64,000 bases of DNA from an uncultured Caulobacter sp. (GTDB taxonomy: Bacteria; Pseudomonadota; Alphaproteobacteria; Caulobacterales; Caulobacteraceae), in the NCBI GenBank assembly GCA_964442795.1, contig CAYTZY010000001.1, forward strand, positions 98,821 through 162,820. Reading direction: 5' to 3'. Each line of letters begins with the position of its first letter. The stretch's first letter is position 1. The translations under genes and the position numbers were made by a program. Of the stretch, positions 20,824-30,709 are shown piece after piece. The notes beneath the pieces were generated by a model that saw nothing but the letters and a program-made list of their open reading frames with translations, was not told the origin of the DNA and made no database searches.

Positions 20824-22917
20824 ATGGCTGACACCAGCGTAGCCGGCGTTTCCAACCGCCCCACCCCCAGGGAAGTCTGGGGCTGGCTGGCGCGTGGCGA
20901 GGTCGGCCTGGCGCTGGGCATCGTCGGCATCATCGTCCTGCTGATCCTGCCGATCCCGCCGTTCATGCTGGATCTGCTGCTGACCATCTCGATCGGCAGC
21001 TCGATCCTGATCCTGATGACGGCGCTGCTGATCAAGAAGCCGCTGGAATTCACCGCCTTCCCGACGGTGCTGCTGGTCGCCACCCTCTATCGGCTCGGCC
21101 TGAACCTGGCCTCCACCCGCCTGATCCTCAGCCACGGGCACGAGGGCGCCCACGGCGCCGGCGACGTCATCAAGGCGTTCGGCGACCTGATGATGGGCGG
21201 CAGCTTCATCATTGGTCTGATCATCTTCGCCATCCTGGTGCTGGTGAACTTCGTCGTGGTCACCAAGGGTTCGGGTCGCATCGCCGAGGTGGCGGCGCGC
21301 TTCACCCTGGACGCCATGCCGGGCAAGCAGATGGCCATCGACTCCGACCTGTCCTCGGGCCTGATCGACCAGGACCAGGCCAAGCTGCGCCGCAAGGAGC
21401 TGGAGCAGGAGTGGACCTTCTTCGGGGCCATGGACGGCGCCAGCAAGTTCGTGAAGGGCGACGCCATCGCCGGCCTGGTGATCGTCGGCATCAACATCAT
21501 CGGCGGGATGCTGATCGGCATCCTGCAGCACGACATGCCGGCCGGCGACGCCGCCTCGACCTACACCCTGATGACCGTCGGCGACGGCCTGGTCAGCCAG
21601 ATCCCGGCCCTGATCATCTCGATCGCCGCCGGCCTGCTGGTGTCCAAGGCCGGCGTCGAGGGCGCCGCCGACAAGGCCCTGGTCACCCAGCTGGCCATGA
21701 ATCCGCTGAGCCTGGGCATGGTGTCGGCTACCTCCGGCGTCCTGGCCTTCATCCCGGGCATGCCGGTGATCCCCTTCCTCGCCGTGGCCGTCGGGGCCGG
21801 CGCGCTGGCCTGGCACAGATCGCACCCGGCGCCGGAGCTGGCGCCCGCCATCGACCTTTCGGCCCCTCCGGTCGAGCAGGAAGAGGAGCCGATCAGCGCC
21901 TCGCTGGCCATCGACGACATCAAGATCGAGCTGGGCTATGGCCTGCTGGCGCTGATCAACGATCTGGACGGCCGCAAGCTGACCGACCAGATCCGCGCCC
22001 TGCGCAAGACGCTGGCGGCCGACTACGGCTTCGTGATGCCGCCGGTGCGCATCCTCGACAACATGCGCCTGGCCACCCAAGGCTACGCCATCCGCATCAA
22101 GGAGATGGAGTGCGGCGCCGGCGAGGTCCGCATCGGCTCGCTGATGGCCATGGACCCGCGCGGCGGTCAGGTCGAGCTGCCCGGCGACCACGTCCGCGAG
22201 CCCGCCTTCGGCCTGCCGGCCACCTGGATCGACGACGGCCTGAAGGAGGAAGCGACCTTCCGCGGCTACACCATCGTCGACCCGGCGACGGTGCTGACCA
22301 CGCACCTGACCGAGATCCTCAAGGACAACATGGCCGACCTGCTGTCCTTCGCCGAGGTGCAGAAGCTGCTCAAGGACCTGCAGCCGGACCAGAAGAAGCT
22401 GGCCGACGACGTCATCCCCGCCATCGTCACCGGCACCACCTTCCAGCGCGTGCTGCAGGCCCTGCTGCGCGAGCGGGTGTCGATCCGCGACCTGCAGGCC
22501 ATCCTCGAGGGCGTCGCCGAGGCCGCGCCGCACACCACCTCGATCACCTCGCTGGTCGAGTCGGTCCGCGCCAAGCTGGGCCGCCAGCTGTGCTGGGCCA
22601 ACCGGGGCGACGACGGCGCCCTGCCCATCGTCACCCTGTCGCCGGACTGGGAAGTGGCCTTCTCCGAGGCGCTGGTCGGGGCCGGCGAGGAAAAGCAGCT
22701 GGCCATGGCGCCCAGCAAGCTGCAGGAGTTCATCCGCGGCGTCCGCGAGGCCTTCGAGCGCGCGGCCCTGGCCGGCGACAGCCCCGTCCTGCTGACCAGC
22801 CCGCTGGCCCGCCCCTACGTCCGCCAGATCATCGAGCGCTTCCGCGGCCAGACCGTGGTCATGAGCCAGAACGAGGTGCACCCGAAGGCGCGGCTGAGGA
22901 CGGTCGGGCAGGTCTAG
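20824..22917 (+). CDS. flhA: Flagellar export protein
   Basis: RIAEVAARFTLDAMPGKQMAID and GAMDGASKFVKGDAIAG (FHIPEP family). Confidence 0.97.
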   Translation: MADTSVAGVSNRPTPREVWGWLARGEVGLALGIVGIIVLLILPIPPFMLDLLLTISIGSSILILMTALLIKKPLEFTAFPTVLLVATLYRLGLNLASTRLILSHGHEGAHGAGDVIKAFGDLMMGGSFIIGLIIFAILVLVNFVVVTKGSGRIAEVAARFTLDAMPGKQMAIDSDLSSGLIDQDQAKLRRKELEQEWTFFGAMDGASKFVKGDAIAGLVIVGINIIGGMLIGILQHDMPAGDAASTYTLMTVGDGLVSQIPALIISIAAGLLVSKAGVEGAADKALVTQLAMNPLSLGMVSATSGVLAFIPGMPVIPFLAVAVGAGALAWHRSHPAPELAPAIDLSAPPVEQEEEPISASLAIDDIKIELGYGLLALINDLDGRKLTDQIRALRKTLAADYGFVMPPVRILDNMRLATQGYAIRIKEMECGAGEVRIGSLMAMDPRGGQVELPGDHVREPAFGLPATWIDDGLKEEATFRGYTIVDPATVLTTHLTEILKDNMADLLSFAEVQKLLKDLQPDQKKLADDVIPAIVTGTTFQRVLQALLRERVSIRDLQAILEGVAEAAPHTTSITSLVESVRAKLGRQLCWANRGDDGALPIVTLSPDWEVAFSEALVGAGEEKQLAMAPSKLQEFIRGVREAFERAALAGDSPVLLTSPLARPYVRQIIERFRGQTVVMSQNEVHPKARLRTVGQV

Positions 22918-22924
22918 GTTCTAT

Positions 22925-23074
22925 CCTCTCCCTCTTGGGAGAGGGGGACCGCTCGGAGAGCGGTGGAGAGGGATGCTCCGTCATTCAGAAGGAGCTCGCC
23001 GGGTACAGGTGGTCCAACGCCGGCGACTCCCGCTCCACCATGCTCCGCATGGTCCCCCTCTCCCACAAGGGAGA
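22925..23074. repeat. Palindromic repeat family A (CCTCTCCC-N4-GGGAGAGGGGGACC...GGTGGAG), inverted pair
   Basis: Two inverted ~45-bp units around a variable spacer; homologous to 39267-39440 and 56765-56938. Confidence 0.88.
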
Positions 23075-23087
23075 TGAACGGGACGCA

Positions 23088-23135
23088 CTTGATCGCGTAC
23101 TCAAGTTCTGCCAATCTCTTGATTGACTGATCAAG
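23088..23135. promoter_or_regulatory. Tandem palindromic operators, probably for the adjacent TetR protein
   Basis: CTTGATCGCGTACTCAAG (23088-23105) and CTTGATTGACTGATCAAG (23118-23135), 30 bp apart. Confidence 0.7.
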
Positions 23136-23149
23136 GAAGGCTCCACCCC

Positions 23150-23773
23150 GTGGAACCCACCCGCGAGCGCATTCTTTTCGCCGCCCTGAAGCTCTTCTCG
23201 GAGAAGGGCTATCTGTCGACCTCCGTCGCCGACATTCTGCGAGAGGCGGGGGCCAACTCCGGCAGCCTCTACCACTTCTATCCGACCAAGCAGGACGTCC
23301 TGCTGGCGGTGCTCGAGATGTACCGCGACGGCATCTATCCGATGCTGCTGGCCCCGGCCTGGGAGGGCGTCGACGATCCTATCGAGCGGGTGTTCGCGCT
23401 GCTGGGCGCCTATCGCGAGATGCTGCGGACGACGGACTGCCTGTACGGCTGCCCCATCGGCTCCATCGCCCTGGAACTCCATGAGCCCGACCCGCCGGTG
23501 CGCGAGCTGCTGTCGGTCAACTTCGACGGCTGGGTCAAACATGTGAAGGGCTGTCTGGACCAGGCGAGGCGCCGACTACCGCCGGGCACGGACACTAAGG
23601 CGCTGGCCGTCTTCGTGCTGACCACCATGGAGGGCGGCGTCATGCAGTCGCGCACCCACCGCACGCTGGACGCCTTCGACGCCTCGGTGGCCGGGCTGAG
23701 GTCCTACATCACCCTGCTGGAGGCGGCGGCCGGCGCCGCGACGACGGCGGCGAACATGGAGACGGGCACGTGA
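23150..23773 (+). CDS. TetR/AcrR family transcriptional regulator
   Basis: RERILFAALKLFSEKGY...GSLYHFYPTKQD and GCPIG; GTG start inferred after AAGGAAGG. Confidence 0.92.
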   Translation: MEPTRERILFAALKLFSEKGYLSTSVADILREAGANSGSLYHFYPTKQDVLLAVLEMYRDGIYPMLLAPAWEGVDDPIERVFALLGAYREMLRTTDCLYGCPIGSIALELHEPDPPVRELLSVNFDGWVKHVKGCLDQARRRLPPGTDTKALAVFVLTTMEGGVMQSRTHRTLDAFDASVAGLRSYITLLEAAAGAATTAANMETGT

Positions 23774-24429
23774 GACGCATCCTGTTGGCGGCCCTCGCCT
23801 CGGCCTTGCTCGCGACCGCGGCTTACGCCGCTGAACCCGCGAAGGCCCCCGACTGGCGCGACTTCCGCGCCGTGACCAACAGTTCCTTCGTCGAACCCGG
23901 CGGCGGCCGCGTGCTGCAGTTGTCCATCGTCGTGAAGGCCTCGCCGGCCCAGGTCTGGGACGCCTTCACCACGGCTGAAGGCTATCGCGCCTGGGTCGCC
24001 CCGGTCGCGGCCGTGGACCTGCGCATCGGCGGCGACATCGAGGCCAGCTATGACCCGGCCGCGAAGATCGGCGGGCCTGACAACATCAGGAACCGCATCG
24101 TCGCCTATGTGCCCCAGCGGCTGCTGTCGTTCCGCAACGTCCAGGCGCCCAAGGCCCTGCCGCACCGGGAGCTGTTCGGCGACATCGTCACCACGCTGGA
24201 AATCGAGGATCTCGGCGCCGGCCGCAGCCGGGTCAGCCTGACCAGCGTCGGCTACGGGACGGGAGAGGGCTTCGACACGCTCTATCGCCACTTCGAGTGG
24301 GGCAACGCCTACTCGCTCAACGAACTGAAGAAACGCTTCGAGGCCGGACCGGTCGACTGGGCCGCCGTGTTCGAACGTCAGAAAGCCGCGGCCGCTTCGG
24401 CCACGGTCACAGGGGGAACGACCAAATGA
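23770..24429 (+). CDS. Secreted SRPBCC/AHA1-like domain protein
   Basis: Signal peptide; IVVKASPAQVWDAFTT...W...VDLRIGG. Confidence 0.8.
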   Translation: MRRILLAALASALLATAAYAAEPAKAPDWRDFRAVTNSSFVEPGGGRVLQLSIVVKASPAQVWDAFTTAEGYRAWVAPVAAVDLRIGGDIEASYDPAAKIGGPDNIRNRIVAYVPQRLLSFRNVQAPKALPHRELFGDIVTTLEIEDLGAGRSRVSLTSVGYGTGEGFDTLYRHFEWGNAYSLNELKKRFEAGPVDWAAVFERQKAAAASATVTGGTTK

Positions 24430-24767
24430 ACATGAGAGCCTTGATCGTGGCGACCGTCATCGGGACGGCGCTGCAGGTGGCGATGGTCTTCGCCGGGCAT
24501 TTCGTCCCGGCCGTGGCGAACCTGTTCGCTATCGTCGGCATCCTGATCTCGCTGGTGGCGGGCCTGCTCTACGCCCGCGCGGCGAAAGGCGGCTGGGCCG
24601 ACAGCCTGCTCGGCGGCGCCGTCGCGGGCGGTCTCTGCGCGCTGATCGGCATCGCCATGTCCTGGGCGATGGGCGATGTCGAGACGATGATCCTGGCGCT
24701 CGGCACGCTCAGCTCCGCCGTCGGCGGCCTGATCGGCGGGGCGGTCGGGAAGGCTCTGGCGAAGTAG
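24426..24767 (+). CDS. Small 4-TM membrane protein
   Basis: ATGA overlap with the upstream gene; Gly-rich hydrophobic helices. Confidence 0.75.
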   Translation: MNMRALIVATVIGTALQVAMVFAGHFVPAVANLFAIVGILISLVAGLLYARAAKGGWADSLLGGAVAGGLCALIGIAMSWAMGDVETMILALGTLSSAVGGLIGGAVGKALAK

Positions 24768-24773
24768 AAGCCT

Positions 24774-24881
24774 TGCGTCCTTCGACACGCCGCTTGGCGG
24801 CTGCTCAGGATGACGTGTTCAGAGGGTCTCCCACCGCCGTCATGCTGAGCAGCGCTCGAAGAGCGCGTGTCGAAGCACGCA
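24774..24881. repeat. CGTC-tagged REP-like family B, inverted pair
   Basis: Unit CGTCATCCTGAGCAG-hairpin-CGTGTCGAAGGACGCA, present in both orientations. Confidence 0.88.
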
Positions 24882-24888
24882 CTGAGCC

Positions 24889-25704
24889 TCAGTCCGCGAA
24901 CACCGGCGCCCGCTTCTGCATGTTCGACATCACCGCCTCGATCTGGTTGGGCGAGCCGATCAGGGCCGTCTGTTCGACCGACTCGGCCAGCAGCACCGTC
25001 TTCTGGTCGGCGCCCGAGGCGGCCAGGTCCAGCAGGCGCTTGTCGGCGCGGATGGCGTGGGGATTCTTGCCGGCGATCTCGGCGGCGAGGGCCAGGGCGT
25101 CGGCGCGCGGGTCGGCGCAGACGCGGGTGGCGAAGCCGAGCTGGACGGCTTCCTCGCCGGTGAACTGCCGGCCGCTGTAGGTCAGCTCGCGCGCCACGTC
25201 GTCGCGGACCAGGTGGCGCATCAGCACCAGGCCGGCCATGTCGGGCACCAGGCCCCACTTGATCTCCATGACCGACATGCGCGCATCGGCGGTCACGTAG
25301 CGGATGTCGGCGCCGAGCGTCAGCTGGAAGCCGCCGCCGAAGGCCACGCCGTGGATGGCGGCGATCACCGGCACCGGGATCTCGCGCCAGACCATGACGG
25401 CGTGCTGGGCGCGGTTGCTGCCGCCCGGCGTTCGGTCGGCGGTGACCAGGGTCTCGCTGCCGCCCTTGCGCTCGCCCGAGGCCATCTTGCCGAAGTTGCC
25501 CATGTCGAGCCCGGCGCAGAAGGCGCGTCCTTCGCCCGACAGCACCACGGCGCGGACGCCGGGTTCGGTCTTCAGGCGTTCGCCGGTCTCGATCAGCGCC
25601 GAGAACATGGCGTCGTCCAGGGCGTTCATCTTGTCGGTGCGGATCATCCGGACGTCGGCGACGCCGTTCTCGATGGTCACGGAGATGCGGTCTTCGGCGC
25701 TCAT
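24889..25704 (-). CDS. Enoyl-CoA hydratase/crotonase family protein
   Basis: AFCAGLD, IAAIHGVAFGGG, EIKWGLVPD. Confidence 0.92.
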   Translation of the reverse strand: MSAEDRISVTIENGVADVRMIRTDKMNALDDAMFSALIETGERLKTEPGVRAVVLSGEGRAFCAGLDMGNFGKMASGERKGGSETLVTADRTPGGSNRAQHAVMVWREIPVPVIAAIHGVAFGGGFQLTLGADIRYVTADARMSVMEIKWGLVPDMAGLVLMRHLVRDDVARELTYSGRQFTGEEAVQLGFATRVCADPRADALALAAEIAGKNPHAIRADKRLLDLAASGADQKTVLLAESVEQTALIGSPNQIEAVMSNMQKRAPVFAD

Positions 25705-25882
25705 GGCGGGCGTTTCCCTGTCGTGTTTGCGACAGCTAACGGCCCTGGCGGGGCCTTCGCAAGCCTGTCGCGAGGGAACCCGGGGCGCCGTGCGCCGCTT
25801 GTCACGGTTGCCCACGCCCCTTCGCGCCGATAGACATGCGACGAAAGAGGCGGCGTCCGCGCCGTCTGGGGAAAGAGTAACG

Positions 25883-26260
25883 ATGGCGCCCAGATCCAGG
25901 ACGAAAAAGGCGGCCGGCGGCATCCTCTGGGATCTGCTGACCTTCGACCGGCTGATGACCGGGCCGGTGGTCCACCTGATCTACTGGGCGGGCCTGGGCG
26001 TGATTCTGCTCGGCGCGTTCGGCGCCATCGGCGCGGCCGTGGGCGTGGCGCTCAACGACGACAACCTGATCGGCAAGATCCTGGCCCTGCCGGTGACGGT
26101 GGCCGGCCTGCTGGTCTGCGTGGCGCTGGCGCTGCTGTGGCGCTCGTTCTGCGAACTCTACGTCGCCGTCTTCCGCATCGCCGACGACCTGCGCGCCCTG
26201 CGCCAGGCCAGCGACGCCGATCACGTGCTGAAGCGCCCGGTCCCGCCGCAAAGCCAGTGA
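25883..26260 (+). CDS. DUF4282-like membrane protein
   Basis: LLTFDRLMTGPVVHLIYW...WRSFCELYVAVFRIADDL. Confidence 0.8.
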   Translation: MAPRSRTKKAAGGILWDLLTFDRLMTGPVVHLIYWAGLGVILLGAFGAIGAAVGVALNDDNLIGKILALPVTVAGLLVCVALALLWRSFCELYVAVFRIADDLRALRQASDADHVLKRPVPPQSQ

Positions 26261-26290
26261 TCAGGGGGCTTGGTCCCGGCCAACTTCAAT

Positions 26291-26500
26291 CCGTCATGGC
26301 CCGGCTCGTTCGGGCCACCCATGCGTGGTGAGCCGGAAGGCCTTGCGTGCTTCGACACGCGCTCTTCGAGCGCTGCTCAGCATGACGTGGGTGGGTAGCT
26401 ATCTTTCCCAGTCATCCTGAGCAGCCGCGTAGCGGCGTGTCGAAGGACGCACGGTGGACGCGGTGTTCATGGGTGGCCCGAACGAGCCGGGCCAAGACGG
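26291..26500. repeat. Nested repeat: family D arms (CCGTCATGGCCCG...CCACCCATG) enclosing a family B pair
   Basis: Inverted arms at 26291-26323 and 26468-26500; B pair at about 26344-26451. Confidence 0.88.
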
Positions 26501-26522
26501 AACTGAGGGTTGATAGGAAGAG

Positions 26523-27575
26523 CTATCCCCTCAACGCCCTTACCACCGCGCCATAGGCCGGCTTCGGACGCCCCGCGCTGTCGAACATCAGCGGCGCGTC
26601 GCGCGCGTTCTCGCGGGTCAGCCAGCTGTCGCCGTCGCGCAGGCCCCAGACGGTGAAGGCGAACTGCTGGCGCTGCGGCAGGGCCGCGAACGCGTCCATC
26701 GCCTCGCCATACAGCGCGATCTGCCGACGCTCGGCGCCGGCGCGGTCGCCGCCCAGCAGACCGCCGCCGACGACCGAGACGTCCAGCTCCGACAGGTGGA
26801 TGGGCAGGCCAAAGCCGGCCAGCGCCTTCAGTGTGCGGGTGATCGCTCCGGCCGGCAGGTCGGCGTCCAGGTGGGTCTGGCAGCCGATGCCGCCCAGCGG
26901 CACGCCGGCGGCCAGCAGTTGCTCGATCAGGCGCATGTAGCTGGCCAGCTTCGCCGGCTTGCTCTCCAGGTGGTAGTCGTTGGTGAACAGAACCGCCTGC
27001 GGGTCGGCGGCGCGGGCCGCCTCGAAGGCCACCTTGAAGTGCCCGACCTGGCCCAGCTTGCGGCTCCACAGGCTGTCGCGCGGGCCCGAGCCGTCGTCCC
27101 GGATCGGCTCGTTGACCACGTCCCAGCCCGAGGCCAGTCCGCGATAGCGGCCGACCATGGCCGTGACGTAGTTCGAGAGCGCCCCTTCGAAGCTCTGGCG
27201 GCTTTCATCCAGCCGGACGAAGGCCTCCGGCTCGTTGGCGTACCAGACCAGGGTATGGCCGAAGAGGCGCATGCCTCGCTCGCGGGCGAAGGCGGCGATG
27301 GCGTCGGCGCGGTCGAAGCGGAAGGAGCCATCGGCCTGGACCACGTACTCCATCTTCATCTCCCACTCGGCGGTGAGTTGGGTGAAGTGGGTGGCGGCCA
27401 GGGACGTCCAGGCGGGGTCGTTCAGCTGCGCGGCCTGGACGGCGACGCCGACGGGAAAGGGGGCGAGGGACTTGAGGGGTGTGGTGTCAACCGGCTGGGC
27501 GGCGACCGGCTCCCGCGAGCAGCCGGCGAGGGCGAGGCTGAGGCCCGAGGCCATGGCGGCCCGGCGGGAAAGCAT
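26523..27575 (-). CDS. GH10 endo-1,4-beta-xylanase, Tat/lipoprotein
   Basis: SRR...LAGC signal, EWEMK, GHTLVW, WDVVNE (acid/base), LSELDV (nucleophile). Confidence 0.92.
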   Translation of the reverse strand: MLSRRAAMASGLSLALAGCSREPVAAQPVDTTPLKSLAPFPVGVAVQAAQLNDPAWTSLAATHFTQLTAEWEMKMEYVVQADGSFRFDRADAIAAFARERGMRLFGHTLVWYANEPEAFVRLDESRQSFEGALSNYVTAMVGRYRGLASGWDVVNEPIRDDGSGPRDSLWSRKLGQVGHFKVAFEAARAADPQAVLFTNDYHLESKPAKLASYMRLIEQLLAAGVPLGGIGCQTHLDADLPAGAITRTLKALAGFGLPIHLSELDVSVVGGGLLGGDRAGAERRQIALYGEAMDAFAALPQRQQFAFTVWGLRDGDSWLTRENARDAPLMFDSAGRPKPAYGAVVRALRG

Positions 27576-27576
27576 C

Positions 27577-27620
27577 GGGGACAGGTTAAGGTGTCCCAAG
27601 GGACATCTTAACCTGTCCCC
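27577..27620. repeat. 44-bp palindrome family C
   Basis: GGGGACAGGTTAAGGTGTCCC-AA-GGGACATCTTAACCTGTCCCC. Confidence 0.95.
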
Positions 27621-27634
27621 GATCGCGCGCGTCT

Positions 27635-28045
27635 TCACCGCCCCGACATCCGCCGCAGCCCCAGTTCGTCCAGCGCGGCGGTGTCGCGGCGGTCCTGGTC
27701 CTTGCGGGCGGCGGTGGCGTGGGCGTCGTTGACGTGCTCGTACTTCTTCAGGGCCTCGAAGGCCTCCGACAGCGCGTCGCGTGCCCCGGCTTCTTCATGG
27801 CCGATGGCGTCGATCTCGGCCTGGACGGCGGCCTTGCGTTGCTTCAGCCCTTCGCGAAAGCCGACCAGGTACCAGCCGGCCTCGGCGTCATTGCGGGCGC
27901 GCAGCAACTCGGCCTCGCCCTCGGCCTCCAGAACGACCAGGCGCAGTTCGGCGGTGGTGCGCCGGTCGACGATCTCGGCCAGCCGCTTCTGCAGCGTCTC
28001 GACCTCGTGCGTCGAGATACGGATCAGGGACTTCATCGCCTTCAC
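27635..28045 (-). CDS. fliJ: Flagellar export chaperone
   Basis: Coiled-coil protein downstream of fliI; [10 protein letters not shown]...LDELG. Confidence 0.88.
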   Translation of the reverse strand: MKAMKSLIRISTHEVETLQKRLAEIVDRRTTAELRLVVLEAEGEAELLRARNDAEAGWYLVGFREGLKQRKAAVQAEIDAIGHEEAGARDALSEAFEALKKYEHVNDAHATAARKDQDRRDTAALDELGLRRMSGR

Positions 28046-29379
28046 TGAACGCTACCTGAGAGAATGCCGTCGAGGCGGTTGAAACAGGCGTCCAGCGTGG
28101 CGGTCTCGTCCTTGTCCTGCGACAGGAAGGCCTCCAGGTCGGGGTTCAGCTGGATGGCGCGGTCGATCTGCGGATCCGATCCGGCGCGATAGGCGCCGAT
28201 GCGGATCAGCTCTTCCATGTTGCTGTAGGCCGACAAGGCCTGCCTTGCGGACTTCACGATCTCGCGCTCATGGGGCAGCTGGCAGCCGGGCATGGTCCGA
28301 CTTATGGACTTGAGGACGTTAATGGCAGGGAAGCGTCCGCGCTCCGCGATGCCTCTTTCCATCACGATGTGGCCATCGAGGATGCCGCGCACCGCGTCGG
28401 CGATCGGCTCGTTGTGGTCGTCACCGTCGACCAGCACCGTGAACAGGCCGGTGATCGGCCCCGCCGTGGTGCCGTCGGGCCGCACGGGACCCGGTCCGGC
28501 CCGCTCCAGCAGCTTCGGCAACTCGGTGAAGACGGTGGGGGTATAGCCCTTGGTGGTCGGCGGCTCGCCGGCGGCCAGGCCGATCTCGCGCTGGGCCATG
28601 GCGAAGCGGGTCACGCTGTCCATCAGGCAGAGCACTTCCAGGTCCTGGTCGCGCAGCGCCTCGGCCACGGCCAGGGTCATGTAGGCGGCCTGACGACGTT
28701 TGAGGGCCGGCTCGTCCGAGGTGGCGACGATCACCACGGCGCGCTTGAGGCCCTCCTCGCCGAGGGTCTCCTCGATGAACTCACGCACCTCGCGGCCGCG
28801 TTCGCCGATCAGGCCGACGACCACGGCGTCGCAGTCGGCCTGGCGGGCCAGCATCGACAACAGCACCGACTTGCCGACGCCCGAGCCGGCGAAGATGCCC
28901 AGGCGCTGGCCGCGGCAGGTGGTGGTGAAGACGTTCATCGCCTTGACGCCCAGGTCCAGCCGCGCGCCGACCCGCCCGCGGGCATGGGCCGGCGGCGGCG
29001 CGGCGCGCAGCGGATAGGATGCCTGGCCCTGGGGCAGGGGGCCCTTGCCGTCGATGGGCTGGCCGAACGCGTCGACGATGCGGCCGAGCCAGGCCCTGGT
29101 GGGCCGGACCAGGCCGCCGTCGGGCTGGATGCGGATCTCCGCCCCGGGCGCGACGCCCTCGACCGGACCAAACGGCATCAGCAGGGCGCGGGTCTCGCGG
29201 AAGCCGACCACCTCGGCCGGGAGGGCAGGCGCCCCGCGCCGCTCGATCTCGGCCCGTGCCCCGATGGGCAGGTGCGACAGGCCGCCCCGCGCCTCGATCA
29301 GCAGGCCGTTGACGGCCGCGACCCTGCCCGAAACCGACAGGGGTTCGATACGCTCGACGGCGGCGATCAGACTGCGCAA
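28042..29379 (-). CDS. fliI: Flagellar export ATPase
   Basis: [39 protein letters not shown]. Confidence 0.97.
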   Translation of the reverse strand: MRSLIAAVERIEPLSVSGRVAAVNGLLIEARGGLSHLPIGARAEIERRGAPALPAEVVGFRETRALLMPFGPVEGVAPGAEIRIQPDGGLVRPTRAWLGRIVDAFGQPIDGKGPLPQGQASYPLRAAPPPAHARGRVGARLDLGVKAMNVFTTTCRGQRLGIFAGSGVGKSVLLSMLARQADCDAVVVGLIGERGREVREFIEETLGEEGLKRAVVIVATSDEPALKRRQAAYMTLAVAEALRDQDLEVLCLMDSVTRFAMAQREIGLAAGEPPTTKGYTPTVFTELPKLLERAGPGPVRPDGTTAGPITGLFTVLVDGDDHNEPIADAVRGILDGHIVMERGIAERGRFPAINVLKSISRTMPGCQLPHEREIVKSARQALSAYSNMEELIRIGAYRAGSDPQIDRAIQLNPDLEAFLSQDKDETATLDACFNRLDGILSGSVQ

Positions 29380-29424
29380 CGCGATGGCCCCGGATTACCC
29401 AGCGGCCATCATGGCAAGGTTGCT

Positions 29425-29439
29425 TTAACCATAAATGAA
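29425..29439 (-). promoter_or_regulatory. CtrA box upstream of fliI
   Basis: TTAA-CCATAAA-TGAA (N7 spacing, one mismatch), containing TTAACCAT. Confidence 0.7.
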
Positions 29440-29459
29440 GCGGGGAGCGCCTTGGGTCC

Positions 29460-29843
29460 TCAGCACTGCGTCAGGCTGAGCACATTGCCGTCCGGATCGT
29501 TGAACCAGGCGACCTTCGCCTTGCCGTCCGGCGAGGTCCAGACGCCGAGGGCGTCCTGTCCGAAGCCCTCGTAGATGGTCATCGTCACGCCCCGTGAGAC
29601 CAGGGTTCCGATCGCGGCGGCGATGTCGGGCACTTCCCATCCCAGCGCCGGGTGGGCGGAGGGCTCATAGCCGTCGATCTGGGTGATGCGCAGCAGGCTT
29701 CCGTTCAGGTCCAGCACGCTGGCGAAGCCGTCGTCCGCGACCGCCACCGGCAGGCCGAGGACATCCCTGTACCAGGCCGTCGAGGCGGCCCGATCACGGG
29801 TGAGGATGAAGGTGATCACCTTCGCTGAAGCCAGGCTGTCCAT
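29460..29843 (-). CDS. VOC/glyoxalase family protein
   Basis: WYRDVLGL...VAWFNDPDGNVLSL. Confidence 0.9.
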   Translation of the reverse strand: MDSLASAKVITFILTRDRAASTAWYRDVLGLPVAVADDGFASVLDLNGSLLRITQIDGYEPSAHPALGWEVPDIAAAIGTLVSRGVTMTIYEGFGQDALGVWTSPDGKAKVAWFNDPDGNVLSLTQC

Positions 29844-29903
29844 CCGCGTTGCTCCCCCGCCTTGGTCCGTCCCGGATGAGACTGTCACCCATTTTCAGGT
29901 CTT

Positions 29904-30111
29904 CGTCATGGCCCGACGTGTTCCGGCCGGCTGTGCGGGGTGGCTCAGCCGCTTTGCGTGCTTCGACACGCACCCTTCGGGTGCTGCTCAGCATGACGTG
30001 GGTGGGAAGCCCTCAAAAGACGTCATCCTGAGCAGGCCCGCAGGGCCGTGTCGAAGGACGCAGGGCGCCGGCCGTGTTCATGGGTGGTCGGAACAAGTCC
30101 GACCATGACGG
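29904..30111. repeat. Nested repeat: degenerate family D arms enclosing a family B pair
   Basis: CGTCATGGCCCGACGTGTTCC ... CATGGGTGGTCGGAACAAGTCCGACCATGACGG around a B pair at about 29955-30062. Confidence 0.85.
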
Positions 30112-30130
30112 AATGAGGGGGGCCTCAGTC

Positions 30131-30622
30131 TCAGTCCTTGTCGGGTCCCGCCAGGGCCTCGCCGACCGTGACGGCGTTCTCGTCCAGATGCACATGGCGC
30201 AGGTCGCCCGGGATCAGGCTTTCGCCGCATGCCTCGCAAATGATCTTCGGCGTGAAGGCCTTGCCGCAATGATCGTGGATGAACTGCACCGGCGCGTCGC
30301 CGCCATAGACGTGGCGGTTGCCCCAGTCGGCGAGGGTCAGCAGCACGCCGCGCAGGTCCTGGCCCTTGGCGGTCAGCACATACTCGTTGCGGGGCGGCCG
30401 CTCGGAATAGCGCCGCGTCTCCATCACGCCGTGGGCGACCAGAGTCTTGAGCCGCGCGGCCAGCACGTTGCGGGCCACACCCAGATGTTCCTGCCACTGC
30501 TCGAAGCGGCGCACGCCGCGGAACGCGTCCCGCAGGATCAGGATCGTCCAGGGATCGCCTACGATCTCCAGCGTCCCGGCGATGCCGCAGGTCTGCTGCG
30601 AATAGTCCGCTGTTCTGCCCAT
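30131..30622 (-). CDS. HxlR family winged-helix regulator
   Basis: CGIAGTLEIVGDPWTILILRD...EYVLTAKG; C-terminal H..CG...C..CG. Confidence 0.92.
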   Translation of the reverse strand: MGRTADYSQQTCGIAGTLEIVGDPWTILILRDAFRGVRRFEQWQEHLGVARNVLAARLKTLVAHGVMETRRYSERPPRNEYVLTAKGQDLRGVLLTLADWGNRHVYGGDAPVQFIHDHCGKAFTPKIICEACGESLIPGDLRHVHLDENAVTVGEALAGPDKD

Positions 30623-30709
30623 GACGACAGAATGTGGTTTCCGTAGAGGGAAAGCAACCGCGTTGTTATTCTGGACGAACCTGTCCAGCTTTCGCCGGAC
30701 CCCGGAAAG

